Source of the DNA: Mytilus californianus
Lineage: Eukaryota
Direction of reading: 5' to 3'
Assembly (NCBI RefSeq): GCF_021869535.1
Contig: NW_026262676.1
Location: 620,001-684,000, forward strand
DNA: 64,000 bases
Shown here in pieces: positions 1-13,062 of the stretch. The notes beneath the pieces were generated by a model, which worked only from the letters and a program-made list of their open reading frames with translations, was not told the origin of the DNA and ran no database searches. The stretch's first letter is position 1. Every line of letters starts with the position of its first letter. Made by a program: the position numbers and the translations under genes.

Positions 1-44
1 AACGCCACATCATGTATCAGGATGTTTAACCACCTCAATGTCCA

Positions 45-468
45 GATTGATTGATTGATGGTTGCTTAACGTCCAGTGACAAATATTTCATGCCAGTTCA
101 GGACGAGAACAAGTTAACAATAAATACAATAGGTAGGTCTTACAATACATGCCATCCGGGATGATGGTAGGGGAAATTTGGAATGCAACTTGAAAATGAG
201 GGTATATTGGATAGGGACAAAAATTTTGCCTTGCAACAGGCCACCTACGGACCCCTCAAAGAGTTGTTACAAGGGTTCTTAACGTGCAAAGAGCGTGGCA
301 CTCTCTCCACACGAGGTATCGGAATTTACGTCCCCATTCTGACCGGACGTGGCTGCAAACTTGATACATCCCGTACAGCCAAACGGACGCCTCACTTTGG
401 CAAGTGTTTTACTGCCCGTCGGGAGAAGACCAAGTGACCATATTTCGTTTCCCCATTCACCCTTCTGG
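45..468 (-). mobile_element. SINE-like family A, diverged copy 1
   Basis: Reverse complement of the family (GATT)n-GTTGGTTGCTTAACGTCCAGTG...CCCCAGTCACCCTTGGGG, with more substitutions than other copies. No TSD found. Confidence 0.9.
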
Positions 469-682
469 TGTCAATGTATAGGTGTTTTTTTTATAAGGAT
501 TGATAACAGACTGCAGTCTCTATAGGTTTCACCAGCGGCTACCATGGCATGAGATGCCGAATAATTGAGAGGGACTGACGTGATATTAGGATGTGATGCG
601 CAGTGAGATTTTAATGGATCTACAGACAAAGACAATCCTTGACTACCAATTGATACAGGTAAGGCCTTTTAAAAATATGCTT

Positions 683-1104
683 TGATTGATTGATTGTTGG
701 TTGCTTAACGTCCAGTGGCAAATATTTCATGCATATTCAGGACGAGAACAAGTTCACAATAAATACAATAGGTAGGTTCTGTAATAGATTAAGGGATTAA
801 GGTCGGAGAAATTTAGACTGCCACGGGAAATGAGGGTATATTGGATAGGGACAGAAATTTAGCCTTGCAACAGGTCATCTACGGACCCCTCAAAGAGTTG
901 TTGCAAGGGTTCTTAACGTGCAAAGAGCGTGGCACTCTCTTTACACGAGGCATCGGATTTAACGTCCCCATTCTGACCGGACGTGGCTGCAAATTTGTAC
1001 ATCCCGCACAGCCAAACGGACGCCATACTTTAGCACGGGTTTTACTGCCGGTCCGAGGAAGACCAATGGTGACCATACTTCTATTCCCCAGTCACCCTTG
1101 GGGG
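683..1104 (-). mobile_element. SINE-like family A, copy 2
   Basis: Full length. TSD AAATATGCTTTGAT at 673-686 and 1106-1119; the left copy overlaps the tail. Confidence 0.95.
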
Positions 1105-1163
1105 CAAATATGCTTTGATAATTAAAATGTGTACAGTATAAAAATTTACAGAAATCTAAAAAT

Positions 1164-1290
1164 AAGATGTGGAATAATTGCCAATGAGACAACTCTAAAC
1201 CATATATCAAATGACATAAGGTAAACTGATATAGGTCACTGTAGAGTCTTCAACAATGAGCAATACCAATACTGCATAGGTAACTATGAG
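1164..1290. repeat. Fragment of interspersed repeat family B (AAGATGTGG...GCCAATGAGACAACTCT)
   Basis: The same motif recurs at about 10077, 10868/15125, 17157, 28175 (reverse), 40186 and 54837. Confidence 0.7.
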
Positions 1291-1509
1291 GGGAAAATAC
1301 TATGAGAGGAAGACTTTAAAATATATACTAAAAAAACTAAATCAAATAAATTTTGATTCTATAAATTTGTAGATGCTCTTCTATTATCAAAACCTAATTA
1401 ATTGATGCCATATATTTTAAGGAGCAACCAGGTGAAGGGTTCCACTCACGTGGAACCTGAGGGTCTGAAGCGTGCTCTGTAATTTCTATAAGACTACGTG
1501 AATATTAAA

Positions 1510-1928
1510 TTGATTGATAGATTGTTGGTTGCTTAACGTCCAGTGGCAAATATTTCATGCATATTCAGGACGAGAACAAATTAACAATAAATACAATAGG
1601 TAGGTTCTGTAATAGAGGCCGTCCGGGATGAAGGTCGGGGAAATTTGGACTGCCACGGGAAAATGAAGGTATATTGGATAAGGACAGAAATTTGGCCTTG
1701 CAACAGGCCACCTACGGACCCCTAAAAGAGTTGTTGCAAGGGTTCTTAACGTGCAAAGAGCGTGGCACTCTCTTTACACGAGGCATCGGATTTAACCTCC
1801 CCATTCTGACCGGACTTGACTGCGAATTTGTACATCCCGCACGGACGCCCCACTTTAGCGAGGGTTTTACCGCCGGTCGGAGGAAGACCAATGATGACCA
1901 TACTTCTATTCCCCAGTCACCCTTGGGG
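1510..1928 (-). mobile_element. SINE-like family A, copy 3
   Basis: Full length with a small internal deletion near 1841. No clear TSD. Confidence 0.93.
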
Positions 1929-4272
1929 AACTACTGAGATGAAAGGTGATATGCCGAAAGCAAAGAAAAATTTAACATGGGGAATGTCAAATTATTCGCC
2001 AATGAGGCCCGATTTTGAAGATTTGGCTGCAGTAGGGGTACAGAAAAGTGGATCAAGATTTTAAACTAGTTGACATGAAATATATAGACATAGAAGATTT
2101 GATATCGTTAAAGATGAAAATTTCCATCTTTAACTATATCCTATGTTATTTAATAATATCCATTTCACAAGACAAACGACAGGGGTTATGCATTTTAAAA
2201 CATTATTGTAATGATCAAAACACGGAGTAAAATTCAGAAATTTTCTTCTGTTTTTTTTTAATTTCATTCAACATTTATATATATTAAAAGTTTTCAAGAC
2301 ACCTATAACTTTGACAATCATTTATGGAATTTTAAGAAATTCAAATGGACATTTCTTCATGTTCAATAGAAAGTATCCCGAGGTAAATCTTTAATTATAT
2401 TGAGCCATTTAAGAATGGGTCGAATGTCAAATTTTCCTTGAATCTTCTAGAGTTGTTTGTATGAGTTGCTGTACGCTTAAATTCCTGCATATTGGTATGA
2501 TACAATAATTTGAAACTGGTATACGATTCATGGGCTTAAGAACATCAAGCGAACCTTGGCGAGATTTTCTCATATTTCAAAGAAAAAAGAAAAAAAATCA
2601 TAGCCCAACTGTTTATGATACAGATGGGGATGAGTATTAATGCAAGTATCAAAATTCCACTTAATAAATTCGATCAGTTGTGATTTGTAAATAAATTCTC
2701 ACACAGAAATTTTTATTTTTTTTCTAATTTCTTTTTTTTTATGACATCCGATTCAAAAGAGTAACCTCTTTGAACACACGCCCTATCGCATATTGCCTAT
2801 TTGGGAACACTCATGTGTTCTTGAACAATGGGTTGTATAGCTAACAGTGAAGGAAACATATTTTGCAACAATGCAAAAGGCCACATTCTTCAAGCTGAAG
2901 TGCCATACAATACATAAGCAATGACATGGTGATAAAATGTTAAAAAAGTTAATAAACAAAACAGAAACCTTTAGACAAATCTTGATACTCTCCAAGTTTA
3001 AAAATATAAAACAAGAAAGAAATTTAAGAAAAGTTTCGGTTTTGGGATTTTAGATTTTCTATGTGTTTATGATTGTGTCACATGAACATTCACTCCATTC
3101 AATGCAGTAAGTCTAGTAAGAAAAAAACTGTCAACAATGAACTTCAAAGCAAAATTAGGACCTATTTCCTTGAAAGAAGCAATCTAAATAAAAATATTCA
3201 GTGTGCCTATTTTAAGAAAATAATTCAAACAAGGTAATCAAAATCGACCACAGTAATAACAATACCATTTCAAAACACTCTATTTAAACCAAAAGGACAA
3301 ACTATTCGCTGCACACCCAATACTGTCACTCTAGAACTTAAAAGAACTCGTCGTCTAATTCACTATCACAATATGAAATGTCTCTCTCTTCGTAAGAATT
3401 TGGCAAACCATAAGCCTTGCTGTAGGCCTGAAGTTCATCTATATAAATTTGGTGCATATCTTCACTAATGAGTGATTCCTGAACAAGGACAACATCAGTC
3501 TGACAACTAAAATCGTGAATTGTCATTTCATCTCTAACTCTTAGAAGATATTCAGTAATTTATAATTATTGTAAAAGCATTACGTTTTTTAGTGTAAGTT
3601 ATCTGTACAATAATAATCAGAAAATGAATGTAATTGGAGTATAGATTTAATGACCAAAGAAAGATAACATTATCCAATTGAGATATATTTTCTCAGCTGA
3701 TATGTCAGTACAAATTTGTCCGATGGACCGGCCTGCAACCCAACATGGCAGACATGGCTTAAAATAGAACTAATTAAGATATGCAGTTTTTGACTTGTAT
3801 CTCTGAAACTTAAGCAAAGGTATAACGGATACATTATTTCATGTACCAAATGTAAATAATAATATCAGGTGAGCAACACAGGCTCCTTGGATTCTCTAGT
3901 TATGTTTTATTAACACTTTTGTAGGTTGTGTTAAATCTAACAAAAAGAGAGTGGTTTTGGAAATTTGTGACTTTACATGGAACGATAATGAATTTTTTAG
4001 ACAGTTCAAGAATGTAAGCACAGCAGAAGACTTTGTTCTAACTTTTGAAAAACTAACACAAATAAGTTCATCAGGTATTATTATTTTCAAGGGTTTATGT
4101 ACGTTACTTTTTTTTTAATTTTGGTAAGCATTTTTAGGATAGATTTCAGACTTAATTTTAAAATTAATCAATTGTCTTACTAAAATAATTAATAAAATTT
4201 TCAATAATTATATATGAAAAGATATAAATTTGAATTTGTCTGAAGTAGCAATAAATTTCAAAGCCGAAATTA

Positions 4273-4578
4273 TTGCCCCTGGTCCGTTCTATTTTTCACG
4301 AGGACAACATTTGTCCTGTCATAACCTGTGATGGTAGAAATATTTTCCGGTTCCACCAATACATGAGACATTGGAGGAAGTCCCACACTCATACAGCATC
4401 CGTAGTGCCTTGTCCAGACTGTATACACCTTTGTCGGTCAAGAATGAAGAAACGGGAGCATCTCATTAAAACTCATAACTATACCTCCATTACCGCAAAA
4501 AGGACCGCAGAAGGTATGAACAGAAGAACCATAGTTCAATCCAGATATAAGTCACCTGGACCCAATTTACCGCCATAG
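4273..4578 (+). pseudogene. Tandem C2H2-type zinc-finger ORF remnant
   Basis: CPVITC...HWRKSH and CPDC...HLIKTH are two Cys2-His2 patterns. Confidence 0.55.
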
Positions 4579-4797
4579 AGAGGAACAAATTTTTGTTCAG
4601 GAAGAAACCATAGGATTGATAGACAGGGACACAGAAAATGAACTGTCCAAATGACAAGTGTATTTCAGCAGAAAGTTGTTGTGATGTTGATTAACATTTA
4701 AACTTTTTTCGGAATTAAATGATTCGGTACAATATCAGAAGGATTAAGAAAGGCTTAAGAAAGAAAACAGACGTACGATTGAAAATATTGGAAGACG

Positions 4798-5470
4798 TTG
4801 AAAAGTCTTTTTTCAAGTAAAATATTGTGTGTGCCACTTAGGCTAGAACCGGGATGGGTGGGGGCAGTGGGGATCCACCCCATGAGTGCCGGACAGTTTG
4901 AGGATGCCACTCAGCACCGATTTCACAAGCTGGTGTCTCACCCAAGTGTGTCTGCCCTTGGAGAGGTGGGGTGGACTTCACAGTTGAGGAGAGGTTACAT
5001 GCTCGCCAGATCTCGACCTTACGGTTGGCCCTCCAGTCGTATCGTTTCAACCAGCCTGTGGATTTGCACGCAAGAGGCGACCGACTGGACCGGGTTCACG
5101 CCCTGGCTCATCGAGAGGTCTTAAGACGGGCACGGCAATCGATTCCATGCAACTTATCCACCTTCACTGCTTCCAGGGGGAAGATAAACCAGGTGAGGGA
5201 GTGGCAGAGTTCATTCTGCAATGCCTATTTTGGTTTTGGAATGGGCATCCGAGCAGAAGGACGCCTTCAGGATGGTGCCACCGCATCGGATCCTTCTAGA
5301 GAGTGATGCACCTTACTTCCCCCCTCCTAACGCTCGGCATGGTCACCCTCATCACTTATATGATGTGGCTAAGGCAGAGGGGGGGTGAGGGCAGACTCTC
5401 CAAGGGAGATACTGCGGTTGGCACTCCTCAGTGGTGACCTCTGTCCTATGTATATAGTTAAGCAAGAAGA
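4798..5470 (+). pseudogene. Frameshifted TatD-family metal-dependent DNase
   Basis: TatD motifs appear in order across three frames: VGIHP, SALGEVG/LDF, PVDLHAR, FTASRG...YFGFG, and RILLESDAPYF (5287-5319). Confidence 0.8.
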
Positions 5471-5726
5471 GTCCGTTGGCTAACTGTTAATGAATTTAGA
5501 GCCCATTGGCTAACTGTTGATGAATTTAAATTAAATTGAGTTTTGTTTATAGTCTGCTCCATGGGAAAATGTCTAAGGAGTTCCATGGTCATTGTGTTAC
5601 CGGGGGGTTCCGCTTGTTTGTTAATTTAAGGGTCCCCATATTAATTGTACCCCACACCCTTTTTATACACACCAGTGTAATCGCCATCGGGATTGACCCC
5701 CTGATTCACTCCTCTTTTATAAGGTC

Positions 5727-5772
5727 GGGAGGGGAGTGTAGTACCTCGGGGTAGGGTCGGTGGTGCTCCACT
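5727..5772 (+). mobile_element. Putative polypurine tract and start of a 3' LTR (Gypsy-like, truncated)
   Basis: GGGAGGGGAG (5727-5736) is followed immediately by TGTAGT, at the end of a GC-richer block. No second LTR was found. Confidence 0.4.
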
Positions 5773-6368
5773 GGCATAAACAATGAAACACAATACAATA
5801 TAAATTGTGAAGGTCTTAAGAGTCAGAACACTTGATATTGAGAAAATATTTCTTCGAACTTTGCTTAGAAGCATGCACGTCATTGTAGGAATTAACTTAG
5901 TATAAGCCCATACTGATAAAATTAGAAAAAAAAAACAGCACACACCTCGATCATATTTTTCTCAAATTTCAAAGCAGAGTGATTAAAAAATTGAAAACAA
6001 CTGATTAACTGATAATCAATAGCATCTAACGTGAACTCGGTTGATAAAACATACTTATCTTTTGGTTTTCATTGAGCACTTTGTCTCTCAAGAGGTGATA
6101 AAATCAGAGAAAGAAAACTCATAACATGCATTGATTGCATTTTCTCAAATTTCAAAGCAGATCGATCTGATAATCAAATACATCCAAGTCCAAATTGGTT
6201 GACAAAATTGTATTATCTTTTGGGACAAGGCTTATATTGAAAGGAGTCCCATGCCTTATCGCTCAATCGAAAAAAATGTTCAGAGTGGAATCTTTGAATA
6301 GGTCTAGACCCAGGGCCAGCAACGTTTGCAACAACTCCTGTTCATCAGCAAGTGGTGGAAGAACAAGT

Positions 6369-6748
6369 TGATTGATTGATTGTTGTTTGCTTAACGTCCA
6401 GTGGCAAATATTTCATGCATATTCAGGACTAGAACAAATTAACAATAAATACAATTAGTAGGTTCTGTAATAAAGGCGTCCGGGAAAAAGGTCGGAGAAA
6501 TTTAGACGGCCACGGTAAATGAGGGTATACTGGATAGGGAGTTGTTGCAAGGGTTCTTAACGTGCAAAGAGCGTGGCACTCTCTCTACACGAGGCATCGG
6601 ATTTAACATCCCCATTCTGACCGGACGTGGCTGCAAACTTGATACATCCCGCACAGCCAAACGGACGCCCCACTTTGGCAAGGGATCTACTGCCGGTCGG
6701 AGGAAGACCAATGGTGACCATATTTCTAATCCCCAGTCACCCTTGGGG
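6369..6748 (-). mobile_element. SINE-like family A, copy 4 (internal deletion)
   Basis: TSD AAGAACAAGTTGA at 6359-6371 and 6751-6763. Lacks the CAGAAATTT...CCCCTCAAAG segment near 6540. Confidence 0.95.
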
Positions 6749-8359
6749 ACAAGAACAAGTTGAGGAAGTTGTGAACCGCAACAAGGGCCAGAAGTTTTAA
6801 ATGTTTTGCATAGATTAAATGTTAAGTATTGCTATCTTGATTTCAACATTTGCATTATTTTTAATGTCATATCCACAATTTTCTGTCCATATTTGGAAAA
6901 CTTGGTTATACCACACTCAACTCTTGATTAAGACAGTGTAGTGTATAGATGTCTAGGAGTAAAACATACTATGGAAGATCACTATTTTCTACATTGCAAA
7001 CCGAATAATTTGACAGTTTTATAAAAGTTCACACACAACGTTGAATGATATTTACTTAGTGTTTTTACATCACATGAGATGTTTTAAGAGCAAAATCTGG
7101 ACTTTTCTTGATTGAAGAAGAAGAGGTCGAGACAAAACCTGAAAAGTTGATGAGTTATATTGATGTATTATATGTCCTAAAACACAAGCTTCAGCAAAGA
7201 CATACTTTAGTAAAGATGCATGGCAGTTTGTTTTAAAAACCCTCAAAGTATCAGAAGGTTACCAGTCTGAATATCAACAATATGGCATTGACATCTTCCC
7301 TTGGTACTGATTTTTCAAATAATAAAAGGTTTAATCTAAATGGTTGAAAATATATGGAAAGGTAAATAAAGGCAACAGTAGTATACCGCTGTTCGAAATT
7401 CATCAATCGAATGAGAAAAAAAAAACACATCCGGGTTAAAAACTGAGGGAATATAAGTGTTTAAATGAGAAATGCAAGATATTTTATCAACATCTAATCA
7501 ATAATAATGAAATAATGAAATAATAAAAAAAAAACTCCAACAAAAAGAATCGGTTCACCTATTCTGGTTATTTGCGAATCAAATAAAAAAGTACTGAATG
7601 TTATACTCAAAACACACATTTGACTGTATTGTATTCCCTCACTGATTTGGTTTCCGATAATTTCTCTACACGTTTTACCGTTTATTCCAGTTTTTTTCCT
7701 CCTCCTTGTCCATCTAATCGTTAAGTTGACATTTTAGTTCCTGCAATAATTTATGCTGATCTTCAAAAGCTCATGACCTCTATATCACATGTTTTCTTTT
7801 TGGTTTGATTATTGCTTAGACTGACTGTAATTAGTTTTCTTTTTGAATGCGTTTTGCTTGTTGGGCTTGTAGAACATGTATAATCAGACAATTCATCACT
7901 GTTTTTCTCTACTGTTATTACTATAAAAAAAAACAGGATTAACATTTGGTCAACTTCATTTAATTCTTTAACAAAAATGCCACTCTTTCAAATCATTTCC
8001 AGATTTGGAGTTATGATCCACTGTCTCTCTAGATTTTGGTTATGTGTTTTCATTTTTACTAACACTGTATTGCAGAAAAGGAGTATCCTCAAATAGACTT
8101 TTTTTTAATTCCAACGTTGTCAAAGAAGTGGTCGCTTTCTGTGTGAAGCTTAGTCCATGTTTTATCTTTATTGGACTCTAAGGAATTTTTTTTTCTCAAT
8201 AATTTACATTATGCTTGTAACATGGCTCAATATGTGCCACTCCCTGCAGCATTTTAGTCACATAATTCCACCTTGTCAAAGAAAATAAAGACAATTGTTT
8301 AACCCGATTTCATTGAATTTATTATACTTTCTATAGGTAGTATGTTTTAACAGAACACT

Positions 8360-9797
8360 AGCGATTACATCATGATGATGAAGAAAGAAGCCGAGTGTAC
8401 AGTTGCTCCATCTTCATCTCTATCACAACCAGAGTCCCAACCTAAATCAGATTCATCATCCGAGTCGCCACCAAATTCACTTTTAAAATACGCAAAAGAT
8501 TGATTGTTGGTTGCTTAACGTCCAGTGGCAAATATTTTATGCATATTCAGGACGAGAACAAATTAACAATAAATACAATAGGTAGGTTCTTTAATAGGGG
8601 CGTCAGGGGTTAAGGTCGGAGAAATTTAGACTACCACGGGAAATGATGGAATATTGGATAGGGACAGAAATTTTGCCTTGCAATAGGTCACCTACGGACC
8701 CCTCAAAGAGTTGTTGCAAGGGTTCTTAACGTGCAAAGAGCGTGGCACTCTCTTTACACGAGGCATCGGATTTAACGTCCCCATTCTGACCGGACGTGGC
8801 TGCGTACTTGTACATCCCGCACAGCCAAACGGACGCCCCACTTTAGCAAGGGTTTTACTGCCGGTCGGAGGAAGACCAATGGTGACCATACTTCTATACC
8901 CCAGTCACCCTTGGGGGAAATACGCAAAAGAAAAAGAATAATTCGTCCCGCAACTAAAACTTAAAAGGTCAAACATCGAGCCATTAATGAGTATGTTGAG
9001 CACTGGAGAGGGTGTCAACGACACGTACTAGTATAGGGCACCGTCAGTTTGTCCTGAACTAGCACCTCATCTATCTGCTCCGACCCCACCGTCACCAATA
9101 ACTACGTCAGCAACTCCGCCACCAATGTTTGTAACAACATCAACGCAAACACCAACACACAAGGACCAGTCGGCATTTTCACTCAAACAGTCTCTACAAG
9201 CAATTGAAAAACAGCTCCTACTCAGCAACACCAGACTCGCCGAGATGGAACGCATCATGACAACGCAAGGCAATATAATAAAAGAGCTAGTTTCTCAACA
9301 GAAAAAGCACACCTTACGCCGTTACCAGTCACACTTCCCACTACGCCAGCTACATCTACAACTCCAAGAATACTTTAAATTCTTTGCGATTTACTGCTCA
9401 CTCAAACATCTACTATCCCAGACTCGCCTCAACCTTGGCCACTTGCACAACGCCGCATATTTCCTATGCGTCTATTTCATGACATTCCCTAGTCTATGCG
9501 TCTACCGGAAGATGACTTTAGCAGGTATTCTGACTGTGGCACAAACCCGGGATCGTAGGGTATTTTACTACTTCAGAATTGTTTACAAACGACCAGCTTC
9601 GTATTAATTACTCGTACAGGGGCGGTGGTAATCTCAGTAAAAGGCCGCTAGAAGACAAAAGAAAGAACGTTATAAAGAGGTATGTCACTGCACTCTTCCC
9701 ATCAGTCAACACAGAGTCAGCCTACCATGCTTATATTGTTGAGAAGTTAAACCAGTATCTTCGTCGACTAGTCCAACCAGCCACCAGGAAGTGTTAA
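8360..9797 (+). pseudogene. BEN-domain protein pseudogene interrupted by SINE copy 5
   Basis: The C-terminal segment ELFTNDQLRINYSYRGGG...LEDKRKNVIKRYVTALFP...EKLNQYLRR fits the BEN domain. It is preceded by an S/P/T-rich region and a coiled-coil-like region, with frameshifts. Confidence 0.6.
8498..8917 (-). mobile_element. SINE-like family A, copy 5
   Basis: TSD AAATACGCAAAAGA at 8486-8499 and 8918-8931. Confidence 0.95.
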
Positions 9798-10450
9798 AAA
9801 CGTTTCAGTTTGACATTATAAAAACTTTAAAACTGTGTAACATCACATCATTCTCACATGTTATCAATTTGGTTTTATCAATGAATTAAATCTGTTATAT
9901 TTACTCGTTACATTTTATTTCAATTATTTAAATGAAAGTAATTGCATATCTATACGATATTTAATTAATTAGTCATCAAACGATTGAATGTGTCTAAAAT
10001 TCAAAGTTTTATTTTATTTTATTTTTAAACAAACATAGCGTTTCATTAGTATATGTATATATAGAAATATATAAACAAGAAGATGTGGTATGATTGCCAA
10101 TGACCAATGACCCCACATCCAACCAGAGTTGATACATTTTATTTATCTTTTGTTGTGATGAGGCAAATAGCTTTCTTTTTTCTTTTCATGTTTTTAATGA
10201 ATACTGTACATTCAGAAATTATTGCGTGCATTTATTATTGCGATTTTCGAAGAATGGACAATAATGCGTGATTAATTATTGTGAAATCGGAAAAAAATAT
10301 GTGTGCATCTATGTATTAAATATCAGAATGCGAGTTCTTATTATTGCGCTACTCACACAGTCGCATTAATAAAAACCTCGCAATAATTTCTGAATTTACA
10401 GTATATATGTATATAAATACATCTTTTCTTATAATTTAATTCTATTTTAG

Positions 10451-10716
10451 GTTGGCACACAAGGATCAACTCCGACATCGGGAAAGCTAATGCCGCCTTC
10501 TACGTCTTGGTACCGGCGCTTCATCGGGAAGCAAAGCTTGTTGATCTAACTGTCCGCTTGGTTTCTGAAGAACAGGTCACCAGGAACCAACGCATCCGCT
10601 ACACGGAGCTGGAAGGTCGTCTTCATCAGTTATGGGACCAGTACACAGAAGGTGACATAACATCATCCCGTCTACTTCGCGATTGTGGCAACATCTACGG
10701 TCCGTCCAATGACTAG
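10451..10716 (+). pseudogene. Terminal exon of a MULE/Mutator-like transposase
   Basis: Acceptor TATTTTAG at 10443-10450, then GWHTRINS...FYVLVPALHREA...VSEEQVTRNQR...LWDQYTEG...LLRDC, typical of animal MULE C-termini. Confidence 0.65.
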
Positions 10717-11342
10717 CTGTTAATTACTCCTGCCTGTGTTTATGCTTGTGATTTAGCCTTGACAATATTCATTTTTGCATTTTGTCTCAGATATGACTCA
10801 GAATTATGTATGTGCTATGTATGTTTTGAATGAGGTAGCTGTGAATTAAATGTGCTATATAGATATAGGAAGATGTGGTATCCCAGCGGGCACATGACGT
10901 TGTTTCAACGTTGAAAAATCGTTGAATTTTGGTTGAGTTCGTCATCAACGTTGATTCAACGTAATTATTTTCAACGTCGAATATTCAACCACAATTCAAT
11001 GTTGATTCAACGTCTTGATTTCAATGTTGAAATTTCAACAGAAAGTTGATGTTGATTCAACGTCTTATTTTCAACGTTGAAATTTCAGCAGAAAGTTGAT
11101 GTTGATTCAACGTCTTATTTTTTAACGTTGAAATTTTAACAGAAAGTTGATGTTGATTCAACGTCACTTTTTCAACGTTGAACCAATATATATAGATATG
11201 AAACATATGATATGCATTAATCAACTATTCAAATCTGTTTTGCTAATGAATTAAGTTTGGAAATTGAAGCAGGCAGTAGGATCAAATGGAGGGGGGTTGA
11301 AGGGATGGAATTTCCCCTTTTTTGGACGATAAATGTATTTGT

Positions 11343-11515
11343 CAGTGGCGGATCCAGAAATTTCATAAGTGGGGCCCACTAACTGCCTAATAGGGGGCCC
11401 GCTCCGGTCAAGCTTCAGAGATTCCCTATATAATCAACCATTTTTTTCCAGAAAAGGTCAAACCACCAGAACCGTACCCTCCCCCTCCCCCTTTCCCCTT
11501 TTTGGTCCGCCAATG
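11343..11515. mobile_element. MITE nested in the TIR element
   Basis: Imperfect TIRs CAGTGGCGGATC and GGTCCGCCAATG. Confidence 0.65.
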
Positions 11516-11636
11516 AATCTTGCATGATTTCAGATAATCACTTTCTACAAAATAAAATATATTTCTTCCATACAAAGGGTTATAACAATATCCATACCAT
11601 TGTAACAATTTAAAACAAAACAAATTTATTGAGATA

Positions 11637-11848
11637 TATATGAGGGTGGTAAAGGGTTATTTTCGTGCAACGAGTTTTGCCATTTTTATTTCACGTGCAG
11701 CCATGAAAAAGGTTCGTTGTTCAACGTGTTTTGTGAAATCGGTAAAAAGATCAACGTGCAAGAAATGTTTAATTGTTCGTTCATCGTGAAATGGCAATTT
11801 TATTTCGCGTTCTTCCGTACAGATACCCCCCTTTACGCCCCTCATATA
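11637..11848. mobile_element. Tc1/mariner-type MITE
   Basis: TATATGAGGG(TG/GC)GTAAAGGG inverted termini in a TA context. Confidence 0.7.
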
Positions 11849-12242
11849 TATTTATTTGAAAGAATAATTTAAACTTTTCCCGCTCTTAAAACTTTGCTAC
11901 TCGGAATATCACGGAAATGTTTCCGAAAGTTCGCGCATGTCGATTGGCGCCTTATTCAAAGAAACAACATTTGTTTACTGCTCGAGAGAAACTGAAACAA
12001 GAATACAGAAGTGAACAATCTGTACGTTATTTTATTGTTACAAATTTTTAAGTACATACGCACTTGTGTTTTTATCAACAGATCGTATATGGATATAAAT
12101 CCATGCAGTGCCCACATCATGGCACATGAACACGTGGTTTACACATAAAAAAGTATTTACTCATTGATTCTGAGCACAAACCTATAGGCTATTAATAATT
12201 GACAGGTGCAGATAAAACAGTTGAAGGCCTGACAATCACTTC

Positions 12243-12359
12243 CAGTGTCGTATCCAGTATTTTTTATAAAAAGGGAGGGGGGAGGCTGCTCAACATGTAT
12301 ATAAACCAAATGTTTCCCACGAAAGGGGGGCCCTGACATCCTGGATGTACCTATGTCTG
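12243..12359. mobile_element. Short MITE
   Basis: Imperfect TIRs CAGTGTCGTATCCAG and CTGGATGTACCTATG. Confidence 0.45.
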
Positions 12360-12697
12360 CTGCACTTGATATATAATTTATGAAAGCTGAAAGGCTAAAT
12401 CCATTCACATTCCTGCCAACTTGGGCAATTAGCTGTCACTATTTGCAAGGGGATTTCCCCCACGGAGGCTCCCAATTTGAAATTTTGAAAGAGCAATTTT
12501 GTCCACAAATTAAAACAACACAATCAATTTTACCATGGGTTTATGATTGTTAAAGTATGAAGAAGCAAATAAACATTAAAATATATTTTAAGGTCTCTCT
12601 AAAGGTTTTGAGGGATTATAACATCCATTTTGCATGTTGAACCCCCATGGTAGTTTTGAAATGTTGGCAGGTATGCATTTTTTTTTTCAGGAAGCTT

Positions 12698-13050
12698 TAT
12701 TAGTCCCCTACCGATGAATTCGAAGGGGACTTTTAGGTTTGCACTCCGTCTGTCTGTCCATCCGTCAGTCCGGCAAATCAGTTTTCCACACTTTTTTTCT
12801 TCGTGCTTGACGATATTGATTTGATATCTGGTATATTGTTTCATCATGACCAGTTACAGATCAAGTTCGAATTAAATGACCCTTGGACTTACAAAAATTC
12901 ACTCAAATATTCATTTTTTCGCATTTTCTTTCATCATGCTTGAAGATATTGATTTAATAATTTGTACATTGTATTATCACAAGTTACAGATCAAGTTCAA
13001 ATTTTGTTCTGGTCTATTGATTTTGTGCAGAGTTGTGGTCCAGATTGTGT
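12698..13050 (-). mobile_element. pearl/HINE-like element fragment
   Basis: Terminal hairpin GTCCCCT...AGGGGAC next to a T-run and a (GTCT/GTCC)n microsatellite. Confidence 0.55.
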
Positions 13051-13062
13051 CTTGAAGCAACA

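Noticed and set aside
2783-4090. Short minus-strand ORFs (2783-2995, 3338-3526, 3896-4090) as exons of a gene
   Set aside because: They look coding-like, but I recognised no motif and could build no consistent splice model.
5950-7330. Possible decayed transposase C-terminus around SINE copy 4
   Set aside because: The frames are too broken to assign a family.
8853-8880. TTACTGCCGGTC in SINE A resembles part of twister ribozymes
   Set aside because: It lies on the antisense strand and lacks the following CCAAGCCC and the pseudoknot partners.
10896-11183. CRISPR-like look of the palindromic TCAACGTTGA array
   Set aside because: There are no unique spacers and no cas genes, the context is eukaryotic, and the array is mirrored at the other TIR.
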